64,000 bases of DNA from contig NZ_CAKUAT010000012.1 in the NCBI RefSeq assembly GCF_934636665.1, positions 19,470 to 83,469 on the forward strand, read 5' to 3'. The translations under genes were made by a program, and so were the position numbers. The number at the start of each line of letters is the position of its first letter. Position 1 is the stretch's first letter. The notes under the pieces were generated by a model that was not told the DNA's origin, searched no databases, and saw only the letters and a list, made by a program, of their open reading frames with translations. This DNA is from an uncultured Senegalimassilia sp. (lineage in GTDB: Bacteria > Actinomycetota > Coriobacteriia > Coriobacteriales > Eggerthellaceae). Below are positions 1 through 9,569 of the stretch, piece by piece.

Positions 1-1
1 C

Positions 2-54
2 GAGAAAGGCCGCTTTGACAACGCGGCCGACCTCATCGCGGCAGCGATGGCCTA
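2..54 (+). CDS. 3' end of an upstream gene (…EKGRFDNAADLIAAAMA*), possibly the DinJ/RelB-type antitoxin partnering the downstream YafQ-like toxin; 5' partial at window edge
   Basis: In-frame translation ends at TAA 52-54, 1 nt before the toxin ATG; typical antitoxin-toxin coupling geometry. Confidence 0.3.
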
Positions 55-354
55 ATGGGCAGGCTCACGGCAGATTTCTCCGCTGCATTCTCTCGCGACC
101 TCAAAAAGAAGGCGAAGCGGCGTAATTGGGATTTAGCTGAGCTGCAGAAGCTCATCGACCTGGTGCTGGAGAACACTCCCGAGTCGACGGAGATTCTCAA
201 GCGTCGCCACAACATGCACCACCTGAGCGGTAGCTGGGCCGGGAGGAACGAGTGCCACGTGGCGAACTCCGGCGATTGGCTGGTGATATGGTCGGCCAAC
301 GACGAGGTCGCCTTCTTCGAGCGCACTGGCGGTCACGACGAGCTGTTCAGGTAG
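55..354 (+). CDS. yafQ: type II toxin of the RelE/ParE superfamily, YafQ-like
   Basis: 99 aa; motifs HxLxGxWxGxxECHV…DWLVIW…FERTGGHDELF match YafQ/RelE family endoribonuclease toxins; immediately follows a short upstream ORF. Confidence 0.7.
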   Translation: MGRLTADFSAAFSRDLKKKAKRRNWDLAELQKLIDLVLENTPESTEILKRRHNMHHLSGSWAGRNECHVANSGDWLVIWSANDEVAFFERTGGHDELFR

Positions 355-486
355 GAGGGATTGGCAAGTTGCGATAATGACGGACTTTCTCGTTAGGGGG
401 ATTGGCCCAACGGTTGGGGGCGTCTCGGTTCCCGGGAGCGCCGCTCATCCGGCAGCCGCCTATCCCCGGCAGGATTCCGTGGACGG

Positions 487-807
487 CTAATCGCAAAGCC
501 TTGCTACCTCGGCTCCGCATTTCGCGCAGCGGCCCTCGATGAGCACGCAGCTGTGGCGCATGCGCAGCGTGTAGCCGGGCGCGAACTCCGTCGTGCCGCA
601 GTTATGGCAGAACGCGTTGGCGAGCAGAAGCTTGCGGATATGCTCGGGAATCTTCCTCCACTCCCGCAGCGCCTCGAACTCCGTGACGCCCTTTCCGCGG
701 CGGAACTCGTCTTCCTCCATCTCCTCGGCGACGAACCTGGCGATCATCGCCTCGCTGACGCCGTCGGCTCTCATCTGCTGGGCCATCTCCTCGTATTTTG
801 ACCCCAT
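487..807 (-). CDS. hypothetical protein with C-terminal zinc-ribbon (CHNC…CAKC)
   Basis: ORF 487..879; most plausible start at internal Met (MGSKYEEMAQQ); two CxxC pairs. Confidence 0.45.
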   Translation of the reverse strand: MGSKYEEMAQQMRADGVSEAMIARFVAEEMEEDEFRRGKGVTEFEALREWRKIPEHIRKLLLANAFCHNCGTTEFAPGYTLRMRHSCVLIEGRCAKCGAEVARLCD

Positions 808-1192
808 GAATTGCCCTCGTTTCTCGCGTGGCTGCCGGTTGGCGGGCGGTGCCTTATGCCTCCAGCCCATTAGGGGCAAACGTCACCGTTTGCGCTGGCC
901 GGGCTCGCCGTCAGTCTTCGCGCAGAGCCTGCCTATGGCGAGGTCCAGGTTCCTTCTGCTGTTTGGCGTTTTAGGCTGCGTCATGCCGGCTCCCTTTCCA
1001 ATCTTTCATATTCACTGGCGGTGACCTGGCCCTTGCCTCGTGCCTGCCTGGCGGTGATTATCCCGTACCCGTCGGCTGCGATGTCGTATATGTCGTCGAA
1101 ATGTGGGAAAAGGTTCTTGCCGAACGTGCATCCTTCGGACGCCGCCAGAGAGATGGTTGCCGCCGCCGTTTCGAGGCGACGCGACAACGCAT

Positions 1193-3253
1193 CTACTTTT
1201 CTCCCGCGGCCAACTCTTCGACAAGATTGAGAACGCTTTCGTCGTAATAAGGCCAGTCCACAAAGTTTTCGAGGTGCCCGCGACCCGTGGTCGCCGACAG
1301 CTCGTCGTTGATCTTGAGCGTGACGGCGATAAGCAAGGTCAGCATTCGATAGTAGTCGGCTCGGAATTCTTCTGAGTTCGGGTCGACGATTGGGGAATGC
1401 GCGTGGTCGTATCTGTTTCGGAGGCCCTGGGAGTTGGAAAACGTGGCGTCGTTGAACATGTAGTCGAGATAGGCGCTCTCGTCCGGGGTGAAGAGTTTCT
1501 CGCTATACGAGAGCATCCCATCCGAAACGAGGCTTTCGACGATGGCCAGGCCATCGCTTCCGCGTCCTTGGAGGGATACGGCCCCGTTGTCCCAGGCTGC
1601 TTTTAGACAGTCTGCGCGGGGCGTAGGGGAGAGGGCTTCGGTCTCGTCGTCCATGCAGGCGAGTTTGCTGTCGATTAGACGGTGAATTAGGTCGGTGTAT
1701 ATCGGGTTGTAGTCGCCAACGAAGACCTCGGTCTTCCGCATCAGCTCGTAGAAGCACCGCGCCTTGTCATCGTGCCCGCGCCTGTATGTCAGCATGCACT
1801 GGTCGGAGAACAGGGACGTTGCGTATTGATCGAAATCGGAGCCGGCGATCGCGTATTTACGCTCAGAGAGCGCCTTGAGGTCGCCAAACGACTTGAAGGT
1901 TACGTAGGGGAAGTAGTCCCCGTCGATTCGCCCTGCCGTCGAATAGATCGAATAGGATTTGGCGGCGCGCTCGATTTCGGGCCCTATCGACTTGCATTTG
2001 TCGAGCCACGATGCTCCGTCGGCCGGTAAGGCCAGCGTGAACCCGTCGATGGAGTACTCTTCGGCAAAATAGACGTTGTACGCCCATTCGATTGCCCGCT
2101 CGAGCTTCGCCCCGCGGCTTTCGAGGAAGTGCGAGTATGCGACGACTTCGGTATAAGAGAGCGACTCCCTCATGTTCGAAGCCATGTTAGTCCTGTATTC
2201 GCCCAGCACGCGCGACCCCAGCGTGGCAAGCAGCCCGCTTTCCTCGTGCGCGTGCGCGGGCATGGACATGAACCCGTCGTTGTCTACGATGTCCAGCAGA
2301 TACCTGCAGTTGTTCATGACGGTTGCGTGGTCGGTGAACTTTTCGAGCCATCTCTCGCTAAAGCTGTAAATCAATGTGAAGCCATCGCGCTCTATGCCCT
2401 TGCACGCTACTTGCTCGGGGTCGATTCGGACCCCGGCTCCGTATTCGAGCCCGGCCCCTTGCCCGAACATCGTCTCCATGGCGGCATCGCATGCCCGCTT
2501 TGCTTGCACTTTGACGTGAGGCGATGGGGAGAACTCGCATTTGCTCGAGCCGGAGGGCCAATTGAAGAGGGCTTCCTCGTAATTGGGGTTGGCTCGTTGG
2601 TCGCCGAGGTAATCGGCCATTATGGAGTCGAAGTCGTCTTGGGAAAGGCTCTTTGGGAGGAAGATGCCATCGGGATCACCGGATTTCGTCGCGTATTCGC
2701 GAATCAGGAGCTCAGCCGAGAAATACGGGTTGTCGATCAGGGATTCTCTGATTTCGGCATCGAACATCCCAACGATTTTCTTGTTCGCCAAGATGCCGGG
2801 CAGGCATTCAACATGCCGCGAAAGGAGGACGCTGAGCTTCTCGCCGCAGATTAGCTTCTCCGCACCGCATGAGCACAACAGGTCCCAGAATTGATCGGCG
2901 TATTGCACCTCCATGTCCTCGTAGGCCTCGACGATGCTCGAGGAAGAGAGCCTCTCTCTTACGTAGCGGCAAGCGCTCGAGAATAGATTCGAAGCGACCT
3001 CGATGGCGTTGGCGACATCGGTTCCTTCGAACAGTTCGGGAATTGTTTCGAGGGTAAGCTTGAGCTGATGGACCTCTATCGCGTCGTTGATCGTCTTGAT
3101 TCGAAGACTGCTCCCTGTTTCTATGATTTGGAGGCATCTCTCCCTGAAAGCGCCAGCAGCAAGATCGTTGCGGTCATAGCAGATGATTCTCTCGTGATTG
3201 AATTCTCTCAATGCGGGCCTTTCTCGCGTAGGACGCAGCGCCATTGGGCGCAT
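1193..3253 (-). CDS. large hypothetical protein (686 aa) with C-terminal HEPN-like R-x4-H motif (GLRNRYDHAH); candidate defense effector
   Basis: Long uninterrupted ORF with coding-like composition; no recognisable catalytic domain except the RNxxxH signature near the C-terminus; downstream of a wHTH gene on the same strand. Confidence 0.6.
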   Translation of the reverse strand: MRPMALRPTRERPALREFNHERIICYDRNDLAAGAFRERCLQIIETGSSLRIKTINDAIEVHQLKLTLETIPELFEGTDVANAIEVASNLFSSACRYVRERLSSSSIVEAYEDMEVQYADQFWDLLCSCGAEKLICGEKLSVLLSRHVECLPGILANKKIVGMFDAEIRESLIDNPYFSAELLIREYATKSGDPDGIFLPKSLSQDDFDSIMADYLGDQRANPNYEEALFNWPSGSSKCEFSPSPHVKVQAKRACDAAMETMFGQGAGLEYGAGVRIDPEQVACKGIERDGFTLIYSFSERWLEKFTDHATVMNNCRYLLDIVDNDGFMSMPAHAHEESGLLATLGSRVLGEYRTNMASNMRESLSYTEVVAYSHFLESRGAKLERAIEWAYNVYFAEEYSIDGFTLALPADGASWLDKCKSIGPEIERAAKSYSIYSTAGRIDGDYFPYVTFKSFGDLKALSERKYAIAGSDFDQYATSLFSDQCMLTYRRGHDDKARCFYELMRKTEVFVGDYNPIYTDLIHRLIDSKLACMDDETEALSPTPRADCLKAAWDNGAVSLQGRGSDGLAIVESLVSDGMLSYSEKLFTPDESAYLDYMFNDATFSNSQGLRNRYDHAHSPIVDPNSEEFRADYYRMLTLLIAVTLKINDELSATTGRGHLENFVDWPYYDESVLNLVEELAAGEK

Positions 3254-3370
3254 CTATGCTGGGCATCCCCATCTTCGTTGCAGCTTGCCAAATGGGAGGT
3301 TGGTATACGGTGGAGGCGCGGGGCGGCTTGACCCTGCTGCGGCTCCGGCAAAACAGCCTCGGTGCGAGGC

Positions 3371-3418
3371 GGCTACTGGGAAGAACTTCGCAGTAGCCGG
3401 GAAGAACTTCACAGTAGC
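3371..3418. repeat. hairpin (ggctactg…cagtagcc) followed by a 20-bp tandem direct repeat gggaagaacttc[g/a]cagtagc, between the wHTH gene and the 686-aa gene
   Basis: Read directly from the sequence at 3371-3418. Confidence 0.6.
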
Positions 3419-3807
3419 TACGAGATGAAACGATCGTCGTTCGGAAGGCGGTAGAACTGGCCGGGGTCGTGCGCGTTCTTGCCGACCCACTCGAGCAGCC
3501 CCCGTTCTGACAGCCTTTTCAAAGCGGCCGAGGCGGCACGCCTGGTGATTTGGGCGCTCTCGACGAGCGCGCCCGTCGAGACGGTCCCGTTGGCCGCAGC
3601 GAGTTCCATGGCCTTGCGCTTGCTCTTCCCTAGCTTGCCGAGCGAGGCGCCCCAGGCGGCGTCGGCGTCGGCGACCGCGGGTGTCTTGGGCTCGGCATCC
3701 GCACCGTCTTCCGCGACCGTCGCCTGTGCCCCGGGGCGCTCGAAGCGTATCACGGTGGAGCTGACGTCCTGGCGGTAGCTGAACGATGCACCTGCCGTGT
3801 CACACAC
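3418..3807 (-). CDS. winged-helix DNA-binding protein (Fic/DUF4172-associated-type C-terminal wHTH), putative regulator
   Basis: C-terminal segment LVESAQITRRAASAALKRLSERGLLEWVGKN…DPGQFYRL resembles wHTH; Ala/Asp-rich linker. Confidence 0.5.
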   Translation of the reverse strand: MCDTAGASFSYRQDVSSTVIRFERPGAQATVAEDGADAEPKTPAVADADAAWGASLGKLGKSKRKAMELAAANGTVSTGALVESAQITRRAASAALKRLSERGLLEWVGKNAHDPGQFYRLPNDDRFIS

Positions 3808-3823
3808 CCTATATAAAAAACTA

Positions 3824-3867
3824 GGCGGAACCGCTTTCGCGACCCCGCCTTACAAAACCCGTGGGTT
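3824..3867. repeat. ~45-bp REP-like element aaaaactaggcggaaccgctttcgcgaccccgccttacaaaacccgtg (copy 1 of 2; second copy at 6462-6507)
   Basis: Near-identical sequence at both loci; internal inverted repeat ggcggaa…ttccgcc. Confidence 0.55.
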
Positions 3868-3893
3868 TTTCTGTCTGAGACCATTATGCCTCA

Positions 3894-4856
3894 TTAGAAC
3901 CAGCTGTCAATCAGCTTCGCCAGAAAATCCAGGGACGAGCGGACGGTGTCGTTGGCGTTGAGAAGCTCGGACGTCTCGCCCATCCTGGCTTTGAGCGTCG
4001 CCATGTCCCCGACTGCGCGCCGCTTCCCGGAGCCCTCGGGCACGATTCGGGAATGCAGGTACATCAGAGTTGCTATCTGCTTGAGCCTCGGGTTCCTCAT
4101 CTTCGCTGTTCTGACCCTGTGCGAGAGGCCGGTCCTTGCAAGCGCCCTCTCAACGTCGGCGTTGGACTCGACTGCGCCGCCTTTGATTTCGAAACCGTTT
4201 ATCAGGTTCGACGAGTGCGCGCACGCGTTGCGGACGAACTGTGCCTGGCGCAGCATGTAGTGCTCGTCTTCCATGGCCGGGTCGGCCCATCGGTTCGCGC
4301 AGAAGAGGTACAGGCTCGCGAAGCTGCCGAACGAGAACAGTTCCATGAGCACCCAAGTCGGCATGGCGTCGGGCCTGCTGCCGTATCGTCTGACGAGTGC
4401 CCCGCAGTACGCGTCGTTCTCGAGCGACTTGATGTCGCCCTCGCGCCGGCGGCGCTCGTTGTGGTTGAGGCTCGCCATGTAGTCCGCCGCGATAGAGTAG
4501 CCGTCCTCGTCTTCATGCTCGGTAGCGATGCGGACAAGCTTCGTGCGCGCGGCGTGCTCGACGTCGAGCGTCAGCGGCAGCAACGCGTAACGCAGGTCGC
4601 GGTCAAGCGATGCGAGCGCCCGCAGGTGGCCGAAATCGAGGTTGACGTACTGCCCGTCGCGCTCGCCGCCGACGCGCTTGTCGAACAGGACGCGGTAGGC
4701 TGCCAGCTTGAAGTAGTAGGTGCGGTTGGAGAGGTAGGCGGCGGCCTCGTCCTCGGAGCAGAGGTCGAACGTGACGCCCTTCGCTTTGAGGTGGGCAATC
4801 TGCTTGTCAACTGTGAGCATGGCCTTGCGCTGCTCGATATTGCCGCTTTCCGTCAT
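3894..4856 (-). CDS. abortive-infection protein, Abi_2 (AbiD/AbiF-like) family, HEPN-type
   Basis: N-terminal MTESGNIEQRKAMLTVDKQIAHLKAKGVTF and the HEPN signature QAQFVRNACAHSSNL are typical of the Abi_2 family; ORF 3894..4895 trimmed to the Met preceding the conserved N-terminus. Confidence 0.8.
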   Translation of the reverse strand: MTESGNIEQRKAMLTVDKQIAHLKAKGVTFDLCSEDEAAAYLSNRTYYFKLAAYRVLFDKRVGGERDGQYVNLDFGHLRALASLDRDLRYALLPLTLDVEHAARTKLVRIATEHEDEDGYSIAADYMASLNHNERRRREGDIKSLENDAYCGALVRRYGSRPDAMPTWVLMELFSFGSFASLYLFCANRWADPAMEDEHYMLRQAQFVRNACAHSSNLINGFEIKGGAVESNADVERALARTGLSHRVRTAKMRNPRLKQIATLMYLHSRIVPEGSGKRRAVGDMATLKARMGETSELLNANDTVRSSLDFLAKLIDSWF

Positions 4857-4997
4857 TCCCCATCCTTTCGCTCCGGTGTTCGGAAGATTATACAAGCCTG
4901 TGGCGACTTTGACGGTCGCGTTCTGATGGGGCGGTAAGGCGCCTTGTCTCTCGGCTAGATCTCATCGATTTCTTTTGCCCTAAGCGTATTTGTGAAG

Positions 4998-5035
4998 AAT
5001 CGTCTCATTGGGAAACGGGTCCCAATGAGACGATT
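4998..5035. repeat. perfect 16-bp-stem hairpin aatcgtctcattggga-aacggg-tcccaatgagacgatt (copy 1 of 3 of the island-boundary composite repeat)
   Basis: Same hairpin at 8567-8604 and 29059-29095, with compensatory stem substitutions in copy 3. Confidence 0.8.
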
Positions 5036-5160
5036 TTGACATCAGTTATAGGGGGAGCGGCATGCTCTGCATGCTTGAAACATCGCATCGTTTCGGCTCT
5101 CTTGTGCGTCCCATCAAGCCTGAATTGCCCTGCCGGAATCATCGATGATGCCCGTCACCT

Positions 5161-5245
5161 GCGCAAAATCCCTGCACGACCTTGCATTTTCGTCTTGACA
5201 AAAGGGATGACGCTCGTAGGCCTTTGGCCTACGAGCGTCGGCTAG
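5161..5245 (+). pseudogene. short 3'-fragment of a polyprenyl-phosphate sugar transferase gene (…ARPCIFVLTKGMTLVG…), copy 1 of 3
   Basis: Nucleotide identity to 8731-8790 and 29228-29260 (cctgcacgaccttgc.ttttcgtcttgacaaaagggatga); diverges after ~25 codons. Confidence 0.6.
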
Positions 5246-5287
5246 TGTCCTACGCGTTGGGCATCAAGATCCAGACGGGCATGCACG

Positions 5288-5623
5288 TCACTCCCCGGCC
5301 CTGAAGGGGATCATGCCGCTCGCGACGGTCTCGAGGGCGAGGATCCTGACGGCGACGGAGAACGATATCCCCATGCCTGCCAGAACGGCCATGGCCTCCT
5401 CGGCGACCTCCTCCGGCAGCCTTACCGACGTCACGGCGGTCTTGCCCGACATCTCGAAGTCGACCGACCTGACCTCAAAGGGAATGGCCCGCTTCCGAAC
5501 GAGCTGGTAGGCGAAGCTCTTCACCGCCGACGTGTAGTCCAGGCCTATGCCCTCGAGCGTTCTCGAGAACTCGTCCTTGAGGTTGGTGTCGATTCTCGCG
5601 GACACCTTTTTGCATGCGCGCAT
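5288..5623 (-). CDS. RelB/DinJ-family antitoxin with two tandem DinJ-like domains; no adjacent toxin
   Basis: Segments KVSARIDTNLKDEFSRTLEGIGLDYTSAVKSFAYQLV…IPFEVR and VTSVRLPEEVAEEAMAVLAGMGISFSVAVRILALETV…IPF both match the DinJ ribbon-helix-helix pattern. Confidence 0.6.
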   Translation of the reverse strand: MRACKKVSARIDTNLKDEFSRTLEGIGLDYTSAVKSFAYQLVRKRAIPFEVRSVDFEMSGKTAVTSVRLPEEVAEEAMAVLAGMGISFSVAVRILALETVASGMIPFRAGE

Positions 5624-6464
5624 CTCCTCTTCCTTCCTGTTGCCGCCTTCGCTGCCGGGGCTTGCGCATCTCCGGTTCGCCGGAGCCTCCACTCAGTGGC
5701 GCCGCCCGGCGCTTTTTGGACATCGGGTCCCGACAGGCGGCGAGGGCCGTCGAGCGGAGGTTCCCCTCGATGCCGATCGGCCTGCCGCCGATGCAAGGCC
5801 CCCTTGCTCGGCTTGGATGCCGCCGTGCGCGGGCACGAGGAGGGAGGGGCGGATTCGCGAAGGCCCGGCAGGGCCGGCACCTCCACCGATTTCCGGATCT
5901 GGCCGCAGGCCGTTCGGGAACCTGTGGAGATGTCGCGCGTGCGCCCCGCAGCGACGAGGTCTGCGCAACAGCCCCCGCGGCGGATGAGCGGCTGCCGGCC
6001 GGAGGGGTTGCAAGGGGAGGAGGCGAGGAACGCTCCCCTTGCCATGGGACCGGCGGGCGTGTGCTCGGGATGGTTGCTCGACTGGCAGGACGCAGCGAAG
6101 GCGGACGACGGCCAGCGGGCAGGTCCTCGACCCCGCTGCCGAGCGTGTTATTTACGCGGCATGGGCTCCTGGCCAGGCATGCTGCTTCAAAGGCGTCCTT
6201 GCCGATTCGCTTCTTGGCGTGCGTCAACTGTGCTGCCGAAAAGGACGCGTGCCTTGCAGTTGTCGGATCGTCGAGGCTTGCACCTCGCCATTTCTTCATC
6301 TGGACCAATAGTTATCGAACGTCTCAATCCGCATATAGACGAGTCGGATGATCGGGGCTGCTGGAGACGGGCTCCGTTTGCGCCTCGGGGTTTGGCCTGC
6401 TGCCCGGCGTGCTTTGCATGCTGCCTGCGTTCCTGGGGAACACGCCGCTGTTGGGCGAAAAATA

Positions 6465-6504
6465 GGCGGAACCGCTTTGCGATTCCGCCATACAAGGCCC
6501 GTGT
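6465..6504. repeat. second copy of the REP-like element (aaaaataggcggaaccgctttgcgattccgccatacaaggcccgtg)
   Basis: See 3824-3867. Confidence 0.55.
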
Positions 6505-6649
6505 GCCTTTTCTGCTTGCTTGACGTTATGAATCACCGGCATCGACGGTCGACGGGTTTTGCCTGGAAAGCCCAAACATACGCTTAGGAGGTGTCATGGG
6601 CGTCCGGTCGGCCTTGCCGCGATGGGCCCAGCCTCGCTTTTCTGAGTCT

Positions 6650-7177
6650 CTAGCTTTGGGCTTTGTTTTTCGAGTAGACGAAGCGGGCTTGCTCTGAGCG
6701 GAGAAACTCAATGACGTTGACGTGGTGGACGTCGAAGTGGTCGCAGACGTCCACCAACGACGCCTTCTTCTTGCTGGGCTTCGGAGCCTCCTGCGTGACG
6801 ACGCAGCCACCGTGCGCCATCGCGTATGCGACGAGCCAGGGGTCTGCAACCGTCTCGGCGAGGAAGTCCGAGGCGACGTTCGGCTTGTAGTCGCCTCGGA
6901 CGTATTCCGCAACCTTCATGTACGCCTTCACCACCTCGGCATCGCCGAGGCTGTCTTTGAAGGATGACCGTTCGAGGTTGCCCTTTACCCAATCGGACAG
7001 GTCATCGCCGCCGACGACGAGCTCGTCGTAGACATGGCGAATGCTGAGAGACCGCTCTGCGTTGAAGTCGTCGACCATGAAGTCCCAGAAGCCGGGGCAG
7101 ATGTCGAACGCGTAGTAGCGGTTCTTCGACTCGATGAACGCGTTGGAATCGATCAGGTAAGGCGGGTAAGGCGCCAC
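6650..7177 (-). CDS. DUF4411-family PIN-like protein (partner of the ImmA/IrrE peptidase)
   Basis: N-terminus YLIDSNAFIESKNRYYAFDICPGFWDF matches DUF4411; 1-nt overlap with the upstream ImmA/IrrE gene. Confidence 0.75.
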   Translation of the reverse strand: MAPYPPYLIDSNAFIESKNRYYAFDICPGFWDFMVDDFNAERSLSIRHVYDELVVGGDDLSDWVKGNLERSSFKDSLGDAEVVKAYMKVAEYVRGDYKPNVASDFLAETVADPWLVAYAMAHGGCVVTQEAPKPSKKKASLVDVCDHFDVHHVNVIEFLRSEQARFVYSKNKAQS

Positions 7178-8319
7178 TATACGAACATCCCCTCTCGCTT
7201 GTAGTAGTCGGAGAAGCTGCCGGCGCTCATGCCGGTGAGCCGGTAGGCGTCGGAGTAGAGCAGCCTCTCGGACTTGAGGGCCAGGTACACGGTCTCGGGG
7301 AAGAGCTTGCCGAGATGGTTCTTCTGCAGGGTGTAGAAGGAGGGCCCGGAGGTTTTTGCGCGCTCTCCCTTATTGGGAGACAGGGAGGACAGGCGGGCCC
7401 TGTAATCGTCCAGCCTCCTGAAGAACTCCGCCTTGCTGATGAGCTTCAGGTCCTTCGCCCTGCGCAGGCACACGATCTCGCTCACCTTGGTGAAGCGCAT
7501 CATCTCCTTGATGGCCCCGTCGTTGTCGAACCGGTCGAAGAGGCGGAAGGCCAGGGAGGAGGGGACGAGGAATTCGGCCGCGATCTCGTCGCAGATGGTC
7601 TCATTGCTCTCGTCGAGCTCGGCGTCGTCCAGGCCGCTCTCGTTGAAGAGCAGGTGGGCGAACTCGTGGGCCAGCGTGAACAGCTGGGCGGAGCGCGCGT
7701 CCCTGGTGTTGATGAAGATGACCGGCGCGTAGGCGTCGGTCAGGACGAAGCCTCTGAACTCCTTCACGTCGAGCGTTCTTTTGCTGCTGTTGCCGACGTA
7801 GCTTCCGGCGCAGACGTAGACGCCGGTCGCCTCGATGGCGTCGCGTAGCGCGCGAACGGCGGCGTCGCTGGCCAGGCTCTTCGCCCAGCCGACCTCGAGA
7901 TTGATGAGGGAGCGCATGGCGGCCACGCACTCGGCGACGGAGGTCATGCCCTTGCAGCTGCCGACGAAGGAGAGCCTGTCGGCACCGTCGTCCTCCAGAT
8001 ACTCGGAGAGCCAGTCCTGCCGGGATTGCATCAGGTTGATCGTGTCGTAGAGCTCCGGGCTGGGGTCCTTCGGCGCTTCGGAGGTCACGGTGCGGAAGTC
8101 GGGGATCTGGAGGCCCAGGTCGGGTAGCTCGTCTTCGTAGAAGTACGGCAGCAGGACGTGCGTGGCCTTCGCCAGCTTCTGCATCTGCTTGGCCGTCGGC
8201 TCTGCGTCGCCGGTGACCCACAGGGGCGCCTTCTTGGAGATGCCCGTCATGTCCTCGGGCGTCTTGCCGCAGCGTTTGATGGCCCACTCGATAACCGCGG
8301 GATTCGGCGTGTCCCTCAT
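7177..8319 (-). CDS. ImmA/IrrE-family metallo-endopeptidase with N-terminal HTH region
   Basis: HEFAHLLF (HExxH) zinc-peptidase motif; gene pairing with DUF4411; ORF 7177..8577 trimmed to Met at MRDTPNPAVIEW. Confidence 0.75.
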   Translation of the reverse strand: MRDTPNPAVIEWAIKRCGKTPEDMTGISKKAPLWVTGDAEPTAKQMQKLAKATHVLLPYFYEDELPDLGLQIPDFRTVTSEAPKDPSPELYDTINLMQSRQDWLSEYLEDDGADRLSFVGSCKGMTSVAECVAAMRSLINLEVGWAKSLASDAAVRALRDAIEATGVYVCAGSYVGNSSKRTLDVKEFRGFVLTDAYAPVIFINTRDARSAQLFTLAHEFAHLLFNESGLDDAELDESNETICDEIAAEFLVPSSLAFRLFDRFDNDGAIKEMMRFTKVSEIVCLRRAKDLKLISKAEFFRRLDDYRARLSSLSPNKGERAKTSGPSFYTLQKNHLGKLFPETVYLALKSERLLYSDAYRLTGMSAGSFSDYYKREGMFV

Positions 8320-8566
8320 GGCGTTCACCTCCTTCTTCTGAAGACAACAATATATCGCAATCTCTTGCGTGGCGCAGCGTGCGCGCGGCGCAGGTTGGCG
8401 GAATTCGCATCTCTCCGCCATCTCGCCGCGCACTTTGCCTGCCGAGGACTGCAAATACCATAAGAAGCCTTCTAAGGGCCTGAATTGAGCATTATGGGCG
8501 TATCCGCAGAAGCGCGCTTTGGCGACTGTCCCCGCGTTTTCATGCGCCTTGATGCCGTTTGTGAAG

Positions 8567-8604
8567 AACCGTCTCATTGGGAAACGGGTCCCAATGAGAC
8601 GGTT
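8567..8604. repeat. hairpin aaccgtctcattggga-aacggg-tcccaatgagacggtt (copy 2 of 3)
   Basis: See 4998-5035. Confidence 0.8.
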
Positions 8605-8745
8605 TCGGCGGGCATCAAGGGTGGAAATCGGCGCGCTTCGAGCGTTTGGAATACCTCAGCATTTCGATTGCCTTATGCGCTCCTAGTGGCCCTAAACGAC
8701 CCGTCGAAATCGCCATCGACCCCCGCTACCTGCGCAAAATCACCT

Positions 8746-9066
8746 GCACGACCTTGCGTTTTCGTCTTGACAAAAGGGATGAGTGTCGTGGGCCCGCGCC
8801 CCGCGCTGCCGAACGAGGTTGCAACCTACAACGACTACCAGCGCCAAAGGCTGCTGGTGAAGCCCGGCATGACATGCTACTGGCAAACCCGTCGCAATCG
8901 CGACTCGATTACCTTCGACGAGTGGGTAGATTTGGACCTGTGGCGGTTCGGCTCTGCTTTCCGCTCTGGTTATTGTGTTATCGAAAAGAGTGCCTTTCTT
9001 GAGAAAGGTATTTGGCATCTAACGGATCAGCAGCATCAGGACTTCTTCTGCGCTTTTTACGGCTAA
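8746..9066 (+). pseudogene. 3' fragment (~105 codons) of a polyprenyl-phosphate sugar transferase (WbaP/EPS glycosylphosphotransferase family), copy 2 of 3 (longest)
   Basis: Encodes VVGPRPALPNEVATYNDYQRQRLLVKPGMTCYWQTRRNRDSITFDEWVDLDLWRF, the conserved C-terminal motif of bacterial sugar transferases; the ORF's N-terminal part is unrelated, so this is a gene remnant. Confidence 0.7.
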
Positions 9067-9569
9067 GGAGTATTGCGTGGGCTGCGAGCGCCTTAGAGTG
9101 ATGATGTCGGTTGCAATTTAGGTGACGGCGATGGCGATATGTGAGCTCGTTGATTCGCTTTTGGCATATGCTATTGACCTTGCTTGCATGGTTGCGCGCT
9201 AGGTCCGGCGGACGTAAAGATGAGCATGCTAAGGGGCGCATTCTCTGCCTGTTGCAGTGGATCTCGAAGTGCTTGAACACGTTTAGCTTCGTCTCTTCCC
9301 TTATCTTGCAATCCCGTACTGCACCCTTGCTGTTCACCGGATCGTGCATGAGCGTCTTAAAGAGGACTCAGCTCGTTATCCTGTGGTTTGCTCTGATTTG
9401 ACATGGATCGGGCGATTCCATGGGGATTGCAACTGTTATCGTGCACTCGGCGGGCAGAACGGTGGAGCTCATTGCGGTTGCAAAACCCTAGCTAACCTTC
9501 AATTGTAATTACTCGGTCGCATATTTCTAGTGCTGCTGGGCGATGTGTGACAATGATGACGGTGCGGCT

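Noticed and set aside
5475-6523. Several overlapping 150-280-aa ORFs on both strands (5475..6308-, 5545..6045-, 5614..6351+, 5696..6523+, 6187..6495-) in a ~70% GC stretch
   Set aside because: Translations are Arg/Pro/Ala/Ser-rich low-complexity with no motifs, and ORFs overlap extensively in all frames, as expected by chance in very GC-rich DNA. Most likely non-coding or a decayed gene.
8978-9401. Small ORFs 8978..9349- and 9141..9401+ between the sugar-transferase remnant and the IS3
   Set aside because: No motifs, poor coding character. The region also contains a short IS3-related scrap (gatcgggcgattccatgggg at ~9405), so it is more likely junction debris.
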